From the NCBI RefSeq assembly GCF_006345805.1, contig NC_043001.1:110546001-110610000 (forward strand): a DNA stretch of 64,000 nucleotides, in the 5' to 3' direction. This document shows, one piece after another, positions 14,170-26,576 of the stretch (the stretch's first letter is position 1; each line of letters starts with the position of its first letter). A model generated the notes under the pieces. It had not been told where the DNA came from, made no database searches, and was given only the letters and a program-made list of their open reading frames with translations. The translations under genes were made by a program, and so were the position numbers. Source of the DNA: Octopus sinensis. Taxonomy: Eukaryota.

Positions 14170-15172
14170 TGTATGTGCAGATTTGTATGTTTTATGGATG
14201 CATCACATGCATATAGTTGCATATCTAGACATGCTCATATATATATATTTTAAATGATAAACTTCTGGAAAGTTTTTAATATTTTTACAATTTTTCCAGT
14301 GATGAATAGGATTTCTAGTCTACGAATTAGCTTTCTCCTTTCTGGTTTTAAGAAGCCTACTTTCTCAAGATTGCTATTCAAGGAGTGTGTTATATATCCC
14401 ATGGCCCTAATAATTACAGGTATAAACCTGAACTTGTAATCTGGATAGAGTAACTGCAGATTTCTCAATAGTTCAGCATAGGTGTTCTCTTTTTCATTGA
14501 TCTTCAGCTTTATGTTAATATCCGCTGGGCAGTTAATTTCCACAAGTGTGCTCCGGTGTTCTTCTCTATACCAAACATTTATATAATGTCTATTGTACTT
14601 ACATTTTATTGAGGTCTTCACTGGTACATTCCACCAATAATCGTGTTTTAATTATGAGTGGCTATGGCTTCTACCATATTGTGGGTTCTTATTTCTTGTC
14701 CTCGGGATTATCCTTCCGACGGATTTCATTGTAGAGTATCCTAGCTACAACATCATGTCTCATCGGTAGATAATACCGAGATGACATTTTCAGACAGCTG
14801 CTTATGATGTGGGTGATATCTTCAGTGTGAACTCCACATAGTCTGCATCAGTTGTCACATTTTACGGCCTTTCCTGCATCTCTATCCCTTTTGTGCATGG
14901 CGTACTTGTTTGATATTTCTTGTACCTGGATTACAGACGCATACCCTTCAAAGTGAGAGGTAATAATCCAGCTATTCGTCCATGATAAACTGCTTTGATG
15001 ATCGATGTTACAATCATCACGGAGCTTTCTACTAACATTTCCATGCGTAGTCTTCTGCTCATAGAGACTCATCCTTTCATTTGATGATACGTTGCACTCG
15101 ATTCGTCCGACTTTGCGCATGTATTCTAGGTTATCGGATAAGAGTGTTGCTTAAGAAGCTGCCTTCCAAATC
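14170..15172 (-). mobile_element. R4/Dong/NeSL-like (restriction-like endonuclease) non-LTR retrotransposon, 3' ~1 kb, pseudogenised
   Basis: Reverse strand encodes ...FEGYASVIQVQEISNKY..., a CCHC knuckle CRLCGVHTEDITHIISSC, then RHDVVA, then an RLE region VEINCPAD...EKENTYAELLRNLQLLYPDYKFRFIPVIIRAMG. Internal stop at 14848. Both ends abut (TATG)n. Confidence 0.88.
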
Positions 15173-16005
15173 TTATGTATGTATGAATGTATGTATTATG
15201 TATGTACGTGTGTCTGTGTATATGTGTGTATTTGTGCATGCGTATATGTATCTATGGTTGGATGGATGGACGGATGGATGTTTATGTGCACAGATATATG
15301 TGTGTGTGTGTTTGCGGGCGCGCACGTTTGCATATGTGTGTGTATTTGTGAATGTGTTGTGTTTGTGTGAGTGTGTGCGTGTGTACCTGTCCTAAGTCGG
15401 ATCTACTACATCATTACTTAGTCCAAAACGGTGAATTCGAAATTTCAGATTAAAATATAATTTATGATAATAGATTACCCAAAAACATAAAGAATTCGTC
15501 GCTGGCCTATTACATAAATATATATTCTGTTATTTGAACGACGCAATCTATCAGGCTTAAATCTATATTAAAATGTACTTTTTCATCTAAAGACATTCAT
15601 GAGCTCAAAAAAAAAAGCAGTACATAGCGTATGAGTTACATGAACTTCTAACATCCGAATACCATGTAAACGATCCGTAATATACACTTACGTTTCCCAC
15701 TTAATCCGAATGAATACAAATGCTTAGTATGAATATAACAGTTTCAACGGTATAGCTGTTTTACTAAAAGACTTGTCTAGGGCTTGTAATGGTAGCATTA
15801 GCAAGATAACCGTACAATGAAAGTGACTGATAATAAAGAACGATTCTTGTAACTACAGTGCTGTAGCATTACGGAAAAGAAAAGTTAAAACAGGGCAGTA
15901 CTACTGTGACGTCAAAATAGATGTCTGACGTTTGAATGCATTTGAAACATTGAAATAGCAGAAGAAATTTAAACCAAGACATGTAAAAGTTAGATTCTTT
16001 TACGG

Positions 16006-16071
16006 AAAAGGTGATATTTAAAGTAACAGCAAAGATATGGCGAGACCACCGGACACCATAACTGTAAAATT
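16006..16071 (+). pseudogene. RBCK1: RBCK1/HOIL-1-like exon: start of the UBL domain
   Basis: Reads KVIFKVTA-(1-nt frameshift at GCAAAGAT)-DMARPPDTITVK and ends in phase 2 at a GTAAGT donor (16072). Splicing to 23549 (TT|C) gives ...DTITVKFKITAKTTAGDLKRMV, colinear with the human HOIL-1 stretch [22 protein letters not shown] as I recall it. The 5' boundary is uncertain (AG at 16009-10, or TACGG as a mutated TACAG). Confidence 0.55.
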
Positions 16072-16820
16072 GTAAGTTTTAATCCAGAACACATCCATGA
16101 AACACTTCTGTTAGTTACCTAGCAGTTTTCTTCATATAGTAAAACTCAAATCAATCATCGCTAACTTAATTATTTCAAAATAACTATCATAAAATATATT
16201 GCGAAAATCCAATGCATTATAGCTCCAAATGACGTCTTGTATCGCTACTTCATTAACCAGTAAACCATTTATAATCACGTCACTATATCGTTGAAAAACA
16301 TCGTTATAGATGCTAGACATCTGTTAATATATGGTGTTATATCCGAGCATCATTCATTATGTGTCAGTGACGTATATAACCGCAGGAATTATAATTCTTC
16401 ATTCTGTACAATTGTTATTATTCTTAGATTAAGCAGACTGTAGAGCATAGAATAGAAACTTAAAAAGTAGATTATGTTTATATCTTTAGACGTATTTCAC
16501 TCTAGGCATGAACATAATTTCAAAATATAGCTTCTTGGTCAGTTTTCAGGAGCTTATGTTGCGAAAGAGAAGTTCAATAATGACAAAGCAAATAACGCTA
16601 AAATTTGGCAATGCCGTAGGTGAAATGTTTCTGTCTAGAACTGAGCTGAAAGTAATTTGGAGTTAGACGAGTGTTTTATTCTGCTTGGGATTTATTTGAC
16701 GTCAAGGGTATGTCTCATTTTCGAACACATGCCGAACATTTAAAACTGGACGGATAATTAATACTTACGCAGAAAATATTTACATACACAAACGCACACA
16801 CACACACATACATACACACA

Positions 16821-16860
<40 letters not shown>

Positions 16861-17372
16861 CATATATATATAAATACATACACGATGATATGTAAAAGCA
16901 TATTTCATGCATATACATAGATACACGCACACACACACGTATCATATGCATGTGTGCGTGTGTCTGAGTGTAGCGTGTGTGTATGTATATGTGTGTTCAT
17001 GGGCATTTATGTACCACTAAGAGGAAATTATGGATGACACATGAACCTTAGAGATCAGCAGTATGTCTCAAGGCGTGATCATTTCTTTAGAATTTAGTTG
17101 ATGGTGGACGCATTAGTTGCTTAATAAAGTTCTCATTCTTGTCACCAAAACTGGGAAATGCAGTTTTAATGAATTAAAGCTGGGGCACGTTTGAATGGTT
17201 TGGAGCTTTATATGGAAATTTTACAAGAATTTGCTTGTGAAATTTTACAGTTTTTCTACGAGTATATAAAGTGTAGTTTATTGCGTTCAGTCATTGATGT
17301 TTGTTCAAATCTTACTCGGATCACGTTTGTACTCCCTTCTATTATGCAGAATTATAGTCGATATAATGAATA

Positions 17373-17773
17373 AGGCGGCGAGCTGGCAGAGTTGTTAACA
17401 CGCCGGGCGAAATACGTCGCCGTATTTCGTCAGCCGTTACGTTCTGAGTTCAAATTCCGCCGAGGTCGACCTTGCCTTTTATTCCTTCGGGGTCGATTAA
17501 ATAAGTACCAGTTACGCACTGGGGTCGATATAATCGACTTAATACGTCTGTCTGTCCTTGTTTCTCCCCTCTGTGTTTAGCCTTTAGTGGGTAGTAATGA
17601 AATAGGTATTTTGTCTGCCGCTACGTTCTGAGTTCAAATTCCGCCATGTCGATTTGCCTTTCATTCTTCCGTGGTTGATTAAATAAGTACCAGTTCCGCA
17701 CTGGGGTCGATATAATCGACTTAATCCGTGTATCTGTCCTTGTTTGTCCTATCTGTGGGTAGTAAAGAAATAG
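17373..17773 (+). mobile_element. SINE family B, dimeric copy
   Basis: Head GGCGGCGAGCTGGCAGA...GAGTTCAAATTCCGCC, central GCCTTT..TCCTT..GGGGTCGATTAAATAAGTACCAG, and tail ...GTGGGTAGTAA(T/A)GAAATAG; a second headless unit starts ~17605. Confidence 0.85.
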
Positions 17774-18500
17774 ATATAATGAATTAAATATTTGGATAAC
17801 AACTATGGGAGATAATATACGATATTATCCTTCATAGTTGTTATCCAAACATTACAATTAATAAAGTATAAATCAATATTTAAAAATAGATATCTACCTC
17901 TAAATACCTTAAAATCAATGTCTTTTAAACCGGTACATTTTCGTTTCTATGTGTAGTGACATTTGCAGTCTCAAAGGCATTGATATATAAATAAAAGTTA
18001 TTGTTCTAAATAACAATCCGGTAATGTTTGAATGAAAGCATAGCTACTTTTCCCAAGTTAATGAAATATAATAACATCGTACGAGATAGTTAATGGTAAA
18101 ATCAGGAGGAACTGAAGAGTAGAAACATAACAGAGTAATACATAATTAGAAAGGTAAAACAGAACTGGAATACTCATTAAGAAAAAAATCCGAACAAGGA
18201 AAATAGATATTGATAAAATAAAATATAGAAAAAAAAATATATATTTTCGAAATATCAAAAATATCAATGAGACGAAGTTAAATAAGAAAATGAACATAAA
18301 ATATGCGAAGTAATAACGAAAGATGAATAGAAATAAAAGCGAGGCAGCTTTGGTTGAATATGACACGTATCAATTACTTGTTTCTTAATATTTAAGGATT
18401 ACGTATTTTGTAATTTAATTTCCACTACATGCTATGTTTTCTTGTACTTCTTTACGTTCATTCCATTAGAAAGGAAATATTTATGGTTTTACATACATAC

Positions 18501-18578
<78 letters not shown>

Positions 18579-18584
18579 ACATAA

Positions 18585-18685
<101 letters not shown>

Positions 18686-18714
18686 ATACATATGTATATA
18701 TATATATATATATA

Positions 18715-18820
<106 letters not shown>

Positions 18821-18824
18821 TATA

Positions 18825-19249
18825 GGCGTAGGAGTGGCTGTGTGGTAAGTAGCTTGCTTATGAACCACTTGGTTCCGGGTTCAGTCCCACTGCGTGGCAC
18901 CTTGGGCAAATCTCCTCTACGATCAAAGCCTTGTGAGTGGATCTGGTAGACGGAAACTGAAAGAATCCCATCGTATATATATATATGTATATATCTATGT
19001 GTGTGTGTGTGTATATGTATATATGTATGTATGTGTGCGTTCGTGTGTCTGTGTTTGTCCCCCCAACATCGCTTGACAACCGATGCTGGTGTATATACGT
19101 CCCCGAAATCTAGCGGTTCGGCAAAAGACACCGATAGAATAAGTACTTGGCTTACAAAGAATAAGTCCTGGGATCGATTTGCTCGGCTAAAGGCGGTGCT
19201 CCAGCATGGTCACAGTCACATGACTGAAACAAGTAAAAGAGTAAAAGAG
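18825..19249 (+). mobile_element. SINE family A, near-full-length
   Basis: Head GGCGTAGGAGTGGCTGTGTGGTAAG...GGTTCAGTCCCACTGCGTGG, internal (TA)n(TG)n, tail ...CCAGCATGG...GAAACAAGTAAAAGAG. Confidence 0.9.
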
Positions 19250-19303
19250 TATATATATGAATATATATGTATTTATAAATATACATACACATACAGAAAC
19301 ACA

Positions 19304-19334
<31 letters not shown>

Positions 19335-20315
19335 AATATATGTATATTTATGCGGGGGATGTATATGTATATACATATAGATTACTTTCAGAAAAAAAGT
19401 CCAGTCTTTTGGAAATATATGTCGAGAAATGTTGTATATAGGTGTGTTAAATTTTTCACAGCTACTTAACTGTTTCAAGATTATGTCAGGTCACCCATAA
19501 CTCTAAATGTTATACGACAAATCTGATATAATTCCGACATAATTTTTTTTCTCCCTTATTTACGATATATGTTACGCTCTATGCTCAAAAACATTTCAGA
19601 TTTTACATTTCTGAACATCTAAAGTAAATCAGAAATAGGAGCCAACTAGGAAGTGGGTATCTCGCTGGAGGACCTGATAGAATTGCCGCTAAATCTCCTT
19701 CAAATTGTACCAAATGAATTTAGACGAAATCGAGACAGATCTCGAAGAATGTGCTTTCTTTTAAAACTTTTTTTGAAAATAATTTAATTAGAGAAGCAAA
19801 AGTAACAGTTATATGAAGCTTTTCAGACTTTCGAAACTGGTACAGTGGTGAACGAATTTTTCATCAGCTGGAACATCAGAGCAGAAAATCTACCACAGGG
19901 AATACTTCACTAAAGGTTGCCAAGTGGCAGTAGTATATGTTCTACAAACAAGATGAGCATTCTGTCCACTGGATTTCGTTCAAAGTAAAAATTCTGTAAA
20001 ATTATTTCCTTGGGGAAGAAGACGAAGCCGTAATTGGATTGCCACTCAATGCTACTTTGCTCAGACAAGAACACCATGGTTACTCAATACGCCGACAAGA
20101 GCAATTTACATCAAAATATACGTCAATATCACCAGCCCCTTTCCACACGCACATACAATCTGTCACATACACACGCATATTTTGGGATCACCACTACTTT
20201 ATTATCTCCCTTTCTTCCTAGCTCTTCTGTGTCACTCCTCTCTCCGGCATTCGCCATGATAGATCGCTAGGCACTATACTTTTTGCTATTTTATGTCCCT
20301 GTTTCTTTCTGCGTT

Positions 20316-20353
20316 CTTTTCTGTTGAAGAGCGTAGGCTCGAAACGTAAAAGA
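20316..20353 (+). ncRNA. Minimal hammerhead-like motif (Penelope-type tail), variant core
   Basis: TTTT-CTGTTGA-A-GAGC(GTAG)GCTC-GAAA-CGT-A-AAAG; same family as 47134-47171(-). Position 6 of the core is U rather than the conserved A. Confidence 0.5.
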
Positions 20354-20851
20354 CTTTCTCATTTCCCGAGCGTTAAACTTATAATTCTGTTTGCTATTTA
20401 CACACACGTTTTCGTCTTTTGTGTTCTTTTTTTCTTTGTAAATTCTCACTATATCAAAATATAGTTGCTTGTTTCTATATAAGGGCATATGCAAATTTCA
20501 AAATTTAGGATAAAACTTAATAAACAATCGATGATTGCTTCCAATACTTAGCTTGTTTTGGTAGGGTTAATGAAATTTACTAGCATGTGACATGTCATTT
20601 CAAATGTTTTTTTCGACAAAGCCTGCCAAAATGGCCGACCTACCAGTGTTATTCAAACTACGATTGGATAATAGCTAATTTACTCTCAAGGAAGCATTTG
20701 CCATGATATTAACATCACTACAATTAAACGAAATAATTTATCTGCTGAGGACAATAACGTAATTGTCCGAAAACTTACGTACACAAACACACAAAAGCAC
20801 ACGCACATATACCCATGGACGCATGAACACACAACACATACATACATATAT

Positions 20852-20917
<66 letters not shown>

Positions 20918-21499
20918 TTTGATGGAATATTATTCCTGACTTACAAGGAAATATATGTATATATATATACATACATATATATATATATATATATAGGTAT
21001 ATATATATATGTATATTTATACATACATGCATACATATATATATATATTAAATTAGAGATAAAACCACAGTTAGGCAAATCAAACAGTGAAAAACATAAG
21101 CCATTACATAAAATTAATTTAAAAATATAAAAGTAAAAATAAAAAAATTATTTAAATAATTAAACTTATAAATTTTATATATATATATACAAATATATAT
21201 ATATATGTATGTATATTTTTATATTTATATATTATTTTATTAATTAATTAATTAATTTTTTTTAATTTTAATAAAAGATATATAAAATTTTAAAGATATA
21301 TAAAGATATATAAAATTTTAATAAAAGATATATAAAATTTTAAAGATATATAAAGATATATAAAATTTTAATAAAAGATAAAGAGTAAAACACTACGATC
21401 GTTTCATTTAAATTCAATTAATAATTCGAGTTATGGTTACAGTCAATCTTCAGTCAATATACATACATACATACATACTAAAATACAAGCATACACATA

Positions 21500-21975
21500 T
21501 TCACACCCACACTCATATCTGTTTGTCCGCGTTGGTAAGGGAACGGCATCAGACAAAAGCCACCACAAATTTAGAAAGCACATTGTGACTAGTGGTGTAT
21601 ATACGAATGGGTTGAGCAAGAATCTTCCCATCAATAGACAGAAGCGATATCCCACGAGGATTATCACTAACAATGCTGTTTCTTTTGTTCTTATAAATAT
21701 GTTGAATTGAGGGATTCTTGAACTCCTGTGGTACATGGCCTACCATCCAAATATTTATGAAGAGGTCACGTACTTTCTTTAAAAAGCTTTTGTCCATCAT
21801 GCTTGTAGGTCAAGAGGGACAGCATCCCTGCCAGGTGCTTTACCAGAAAAGTTCTGTTTAACAGTTTACCACTTCCAGGAAGATTGAATCTCTGATATAA
21901 AACCAGGTCTTTCATTCCTGAAGATCTCCTTAACAGGGTTGTACTATCAGCAAACTCTGACTCATATGGTAGAAT
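21500..21975 (-). mobile_element. RTE-clade LINE fragment (linker and start of RT)
   Basis: Reverse strand encodes SGKAPGRDAVP...IWMVGHVPQEFKNPSIQHIYKNKRNSIVSDNPRGISLLSIDGKILA, resembling the RTE pattern GKAPG.D.IP...KD..IV.IYK.KG...C.N.RGISLLS..GKILA. Contains stops and frameshifts. Confidence 0.85.
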
Positions 21976-21979
21976 AGGC

Positions 21980-22595
21980 CCCTATTTTTCATTATTCATT
22001 TTGCGCATGCGCATTGCCTGTTTTTGAATTTGTCGACAACGCACTATAGTAGGGCCTTTCGACAACGTCTCTGAGAAAAACAGCATCATGATGCAATTCA
22101 CTCTGCCAGAATTTGGAAGCGACATGCTATACGGCTTGGCATTCATGCCGGTAGCACCGATACAAACATTGCAGAGTGTTTGGGCGTCAATCTGAGGACA
22201 GTGAAACGTGAGGACATACCGAGATTGGTAAAAGTCAAACATCCAGTAAACATCATGTTGTTTGTAGCGATCTGTAGTGATGGCGACTTTATACCTCCAT
22301 TCATTTTCCCACACGGCCTCAGACTCAACACAGAGGCCTACATTACTTGCCTGGAGGAGGTTGTGCTGCCTTGGGTGAAGACAGTGGCTTCTGGAAGATC
22401 CTCAGCCTGGCAACAAGACTCTGCACCATACCACACAAGCAAGAGAACGCAATCATGAATGTCAGACAATTTCTGCGACCACATCACCCCTAACATCTGG
22501 CCACCTAACTGCCCAGACAGCAAGCCCTTTGCTTATATGTGTGGCCCCGTTGAGGGAGAGGCCAACAAAACTCCTTGTAACACAAAACAACGAAT
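21980..22595 (+). mobile_element. Tc1/mariner superfamily DD37D (maT/mori-type) transposase remnant, internally deleted
   Basis: N-terminal HTH-like ...IAECLGVNLRTV is fused to ...HPVNIMLFVAICSDGDFIPPFIF...WQQDSAPYHTSKRTQS*MSDNFCDHITPNIWPPNCPDSKPFAY. There are 37 residues between the QQD Asp and the (mutated) third Asp position. TIRs not identified. Confidence 0.82.
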
Positions 22596-22915
22596 TGAAT
22601 GAAATTTATAGAAAAAAAGCCGCAATAATTATGCACCATCTTAATATAAGAATCACAACAATCTATATTTGGTGAAGGTTATATGAAAATGTTACACACA
22701 TTTTACTTAATCCTTTCAACGTCTCTCTTTTTATATTGAAATATGTCTACAATGTAATTTCAGGAACAACATTATTATTTCTTAACATACAGTAATCCCT
22801 CAACTATCGCGTTACGTGAAAATATGCGAAACAGAAACAGTAATTTATTATATGTATACACACACGCACACATATATAGATATATTATTTTTATAATTTT
22901 GATATTTTTTCCTTA

Positions 22916-23257
22916 AGTCATTTGACTGCGGCACCGCCTTTAGTCGAACCAGTCGACCCCAGGTCTTATTCTTTCTAAGCCTAGTACTTAATCTATCGGT
23001 TTCTTTTACCGAACCACTAAGTTACAGGGACGTAAACACACCAACATCCAGTTGCCAAGCGAGGATGATGGCGGACATATACAGACTCACAAATCCATAC
23101 ATACATACATATACATATATATACGACAGGTTTCTTTCAGTTTCCGTCTATCAAATCCACTCACAAGTCCTTGATCGGCTTGAGGCTATAGTGAGACTGA
23201 ACCCGGAACCATGTGGTTGAGAAGAAAGCTTCTTACCACACAGCCACTTTTGCGCCT
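22916..23257 (-). mobile_element. SINE family A, reverse copy
   Basis: Reverse-complement match to 18825-19249. Confidence 0.85.
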
Positions 23258-23548
23258 CTATATATTTTATTATAAATTCAAAACAACACCACAGAGGAAT
23301 CTTCGTAAACTTGAATAATAAACTGCGATAGGTGAACCGCGATTTGGCGAGGGAATTTTGTAATATGTCGAGATGAATTGTACAGTTACGTAACCCTTTA
23401 AAAATGTTTTTTTACCGTATATTTTGAGTTGAAATCATTATCCTTCTATGTTTTTCCACAGTCTCTATATAGACCTGGCGTTTTGATTGCTGAAACTATT
23501 AAACTCATTTGAATGCAATGCATGTAAATATTTTTCGTTTTGCTATAG

Positions 23549-23765
23549 CAAAATTACAGCCAAGACAACAGCAGGCGATCTGAAGAGAATGGTATACCGC
23601 AAGTACAAACTCCCCGTCGAACACCAGCGGTTGATTGTGTCACATAAAGTACCAAAAGAGAATGATTTTTTATCAATGTATGATGTGAAAGAAGGTAGTG
23701 GTGTGTTCCTGTACCTCGTTCCTGCGAAAAAAGATAACTCCTCAACAGAAATATATGATAGATAT
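23549..23765 (+). pseudogene. RBCK1: RBCK1/HOIL-1 (or SHARPIN)-like exon: main body of the ubiquitin-like domain
   Basis: Acceptor TTTTTCGTTTTGCTATAG| at 23548 and donor |GTAAGT at 23766. Translation KITAKTTAGDLKRMVYRKYKLPVEHQRLIVSHKVPKENDFLSMYDVKEGSGVFLYLVP resembles HOIL-1 UBL [52 protein letters not shown]. This exon is itself open. Confidence 0.78.
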
Positions 23766-23832
23766 GTAAGTTCAAAAGATGAAATGTCCAACAGGGGAGT
23801 AAGTTCTCCATTATGAGAGTAAGTCCTTGTAG

Positions 23833-24113
23833 GTTGATAAACATTTCATGAACAACCAGTTTGAATATCCACTTGCCAAGTGCTTTGAAAGTCCATGCTG
23901 CTTCAGCAGTTCCTCTTCATCTCGCATGGAAATGTTTCGAATGTTCTTATGAATACACCGTTTTCCACATTGGCTGTAAAATATTCAATGAAACAAAATG
24001 TAGATGTTACGAAATACCATACAGCTAACTAATGAGCGCATTCGAGGAATACTTTAAAAATTACGGAAAAACATAGAAATGTGCAGAAAGAGGAGGATGC
24101 GACCCATTGGCAA
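23833..24113 (+). pseudogene. RBCK1: RBCK1/HOIL-1-like exon: degenerate NZF zinc finger and NZF tail, disrupted
   Basis: Candidate acceptor CCTTGTAG| at 23832. AWKCFECSYEYTVFHIGCKIFNETKCRCYEIPYS* (W at 23927, TAA at 24026-28) compares with HOIL-1 [35 protein letters not shown]. It continues LMSAFEEY, then frameshifts at the A-run (~24056-60) into ...QKEEDATHWQ|GTAAAA (24114). A further frameshift is needed between 23833 and 23926. Confidence 0.65.
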
Positions 24114-24333
24114 GTAAAATAGTTAATACAAGTTTCAAAACATTGAAAGACGAAAACCACACAAAATTATCGCAAAATAAAATGAAAGCGTGCTCTAATA
24201 GTGTATTTTTTTAAAAAATTCTTTCTCAATCTCTTCTTGCTTTTTATTTGTTCAAATATATCTATGTCTCTGCTTGAGTATCTCCTGACTGCCGCTCTTC
24301 TTCCCTAATCTCTCTCTCTTTCTCTGCGTGTGT

Positions 24334-24397
<64 letters not shown>

Positions 24398-24410
24398 ATA
24401 TATATGTATG

Positions 24411-24448
<38 letters not shown>

Positions 24449-24472
24449 GTGTGTGTGTGTGTGTGTGTGTGT

Positions 24473-24779
24473 GGAGGCGCAGTGGCACAGTGGTTAGGGC
24501 AGCGGACTCGCGGTCGGAGGATCGCGGTTTCGATTCCCGACCGGGCGTTGCGTGTGTATATTGAGCGAATACAACTAAAGTACCACGATGCTCCGGCAGG
24601 GGTTGGTGGCGACCCCTGTTGTACTCATTCGCCCCAACTTTCTCTCAGTCTTTTTTCCTGTTTCTTGAGTAACGCAGCGATGGACTGGGTCCCGTCCAGC
24701 TGGGGGGAACTCATACACCATAGAAACTGAGAGACCGGGCTCATGAGCCTGGCTAGGCTTGAAAAGGGCGCATAAAGAA

Positions 24780-24784
<5 letters not shown>
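24473..24784 (+). mobile_element. tRNA-derived SINE (family C-related head)
   Basis: A-box GTGGCACAGTGG and B-box-like GTTTCGATTCC; head shared with 59646-59735(-) and 59889-59978(+); A-rich tail. Confidence 0.8.
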
Positions 24785-24858
<74 letters not shown>

Positions 24859-24904
24859 CCACGTATCCTATCCGTTTCTCTCCTATCTTTTCTCTTGTCA
24901 AACG

Positions 24905-25260
24905 CAAATGCTAGATGTAGCATGACCAAATGAAACAAGATATGCGATAAGGAAGAAAGAAAAGTAGAGAGATATGAGAGGTTAGCTTGGGAAGTTAGGC
25001 AGTTGTGGTCGATGAAAAAGGTAGCATTAGTACCCATAATTGTCGGAGCCCTGGGAAAGTGAGCAAAAATCTCGAGAAGTAGGTAGAACAAATAGGGTTT
25101 GCAATAAGGTTGGAGCACTTACAGAAAACAGCACTGCTTGGAACCGCTCAAATATTCCGGAAGATACTCGAAAAATAAGAGGTATTACCTTAGTTCACTG
25201 GTAGTGAACAGCTGACACTAACGTATATTTCTAGCGTTAGAAGCTGTGCAAAGGCAATAA
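24905..25260 (+). mobile_element. 3' end of a second RLE-type (R4/NeSL-like) non-LTR retrotransposon
   Basis: LDVA*PNETR...CDKEERKVERYERLAWEVRQLWSMKKVALVPIIVGALGK...EHLQKTALLGTAQIFRKILEK*, with stops and frameshifts; short 3' UTR running into (TAG)n/(TAA)n. Confidence 0.85.
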
Positions 25261-25369
25261 CGGTAGTAGTAGTAGTAGTAGTAGTAGTATAGTAGTAGTA
25301 GTAGTAGTAGTAATGATGATGATGATGATGATAATAATAATAATAATAATCATAATAATAATAATAATA

Positions 25370-25411
<42 letters not shown>

Positions 25412-25413
<2 letters not shown>

Positions 25414-25968
25414 TCCTGAGGCAGTACCAGGCAATGCCTCTCTTCGCTTCTGATCTTAACTGATTGGAAGTGTTATCATGTACATTGTTTTGTCTTGGTA
25501 TAAAAGATGGACTACAGCAAATATTCTGCTGAATACCACATATTTACTCGTCAGTTGATTGACCTTAACCAGTTGAGCATGTTCCTTAATGGCTGACGAT
25601 ATATGCATCTCTGATAACATGCAGGGTTAGTGGGAAAGCATCATGGACATATGCTGAGAGGAAGTTTGGGGGTTTTGGATAATTCACCTATGGAAACATG
25701 GGTGTTTTGTTCAGCATCCTTAAACAAACCTTATTCAGGCACCTTTTTAACGGGATATACTACTGGATCTGAAAAAATTCTAACTGGGACCCACCTGCAA
25801 GGTCATGTGCTGTTTATCTTGATATGAGATCACCATGTCCTGCACGTATGTTTGTGATGCATGTGCCTGGTGTACCCTTATCAGATGGGTAGTCATGATG
25901 CGTATACTGGGCTTCGTATATTTTACCCCAGTGTCACTTTGATGCTATGCACTGCTTTCTTTCTCAAT
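25412..25968 (+). mobile_element. ~555-bp non-coding interspersed element (family D), flanked by trinucleotide microsatellites
   Basis: Full-length reverse-complement homologue at 33674-34231; both copies have (TAA/TAG)n-type repeats on both sides. Orientation is arbitrary. Confidence 0.85.
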
Positions 25969-26521
25969 AGTAGTAGTTGTAGTAGTAGTAGTAGTAGTAG
26001 TAGCAGCAACAACAGCACCAGTAGCAGTAGCAGTAGTAGTCGTAATATTAGTAGTAGTAAAATAACAACAACAATGTCATCATCATCATCGTCATCATCG
26101 TCATCATCATCATCACCGTTAGTAATAGTATTGCACGGGTGATCAGAATTAATACGAGTATTGTTTGTGGGGATAATAAGTAATCGATAATTATTTAACA
26201 TGTTAATGAATTATTTTCTGATTAGAGTCTTTGGCCGGATGTATAATAATATCACATGTGTAGGTGGAGAAATGTTCAGGTTAATTATAAATGGTTATGT
26301 TAAAATTAATTGCATAGCTATATAGCATGATTAACTAATAAGTTCGTACGCCAATGGTTATCTAGTGTTAATAACATCCGAAGCGCATACATAAATACAC
26401 ACATACACACGAGCACATACATAAATACATGCAAATGTATTTAGTTAATTGGAAATTTATGTGACATAAGACAAGCTCGTAGGCCATCGCATATTTAATA
26501 ATTATATATATATATACGTAC

Positions 26522-26576
<55 letters not shown>

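Noticed and set aside
15900-16005. Possible LUBAC-tethering-motif remnant upstream of the UBL exon (..NIEIAEEI..)
   Set aside because: It requires multiple stops and frameshifts, and the alignment is not distinguishable from chance by eye.
16549-16620. Exon-like segment ending ...AKIWQCR, suggestive of an NZF start
   Set aside because: It lies in the wrong order for the HOIL-1 model (inside the UBL intron), and the rest of the finger is absent.
21264-21380. 50-nt AT-rich tandem repeat (about 2.3 units)
   Set aside because: Ordinary low-complexity slippage; not CRISPR-like (no unique spacers).
21388-21453. Minus-strand CTGAAGA ... GAAACGATCGTA hammerhead-like core
   Set aside because: The core and palindromic stem III are present, but stems I and II do not pair; at most a heavily decayed relic.
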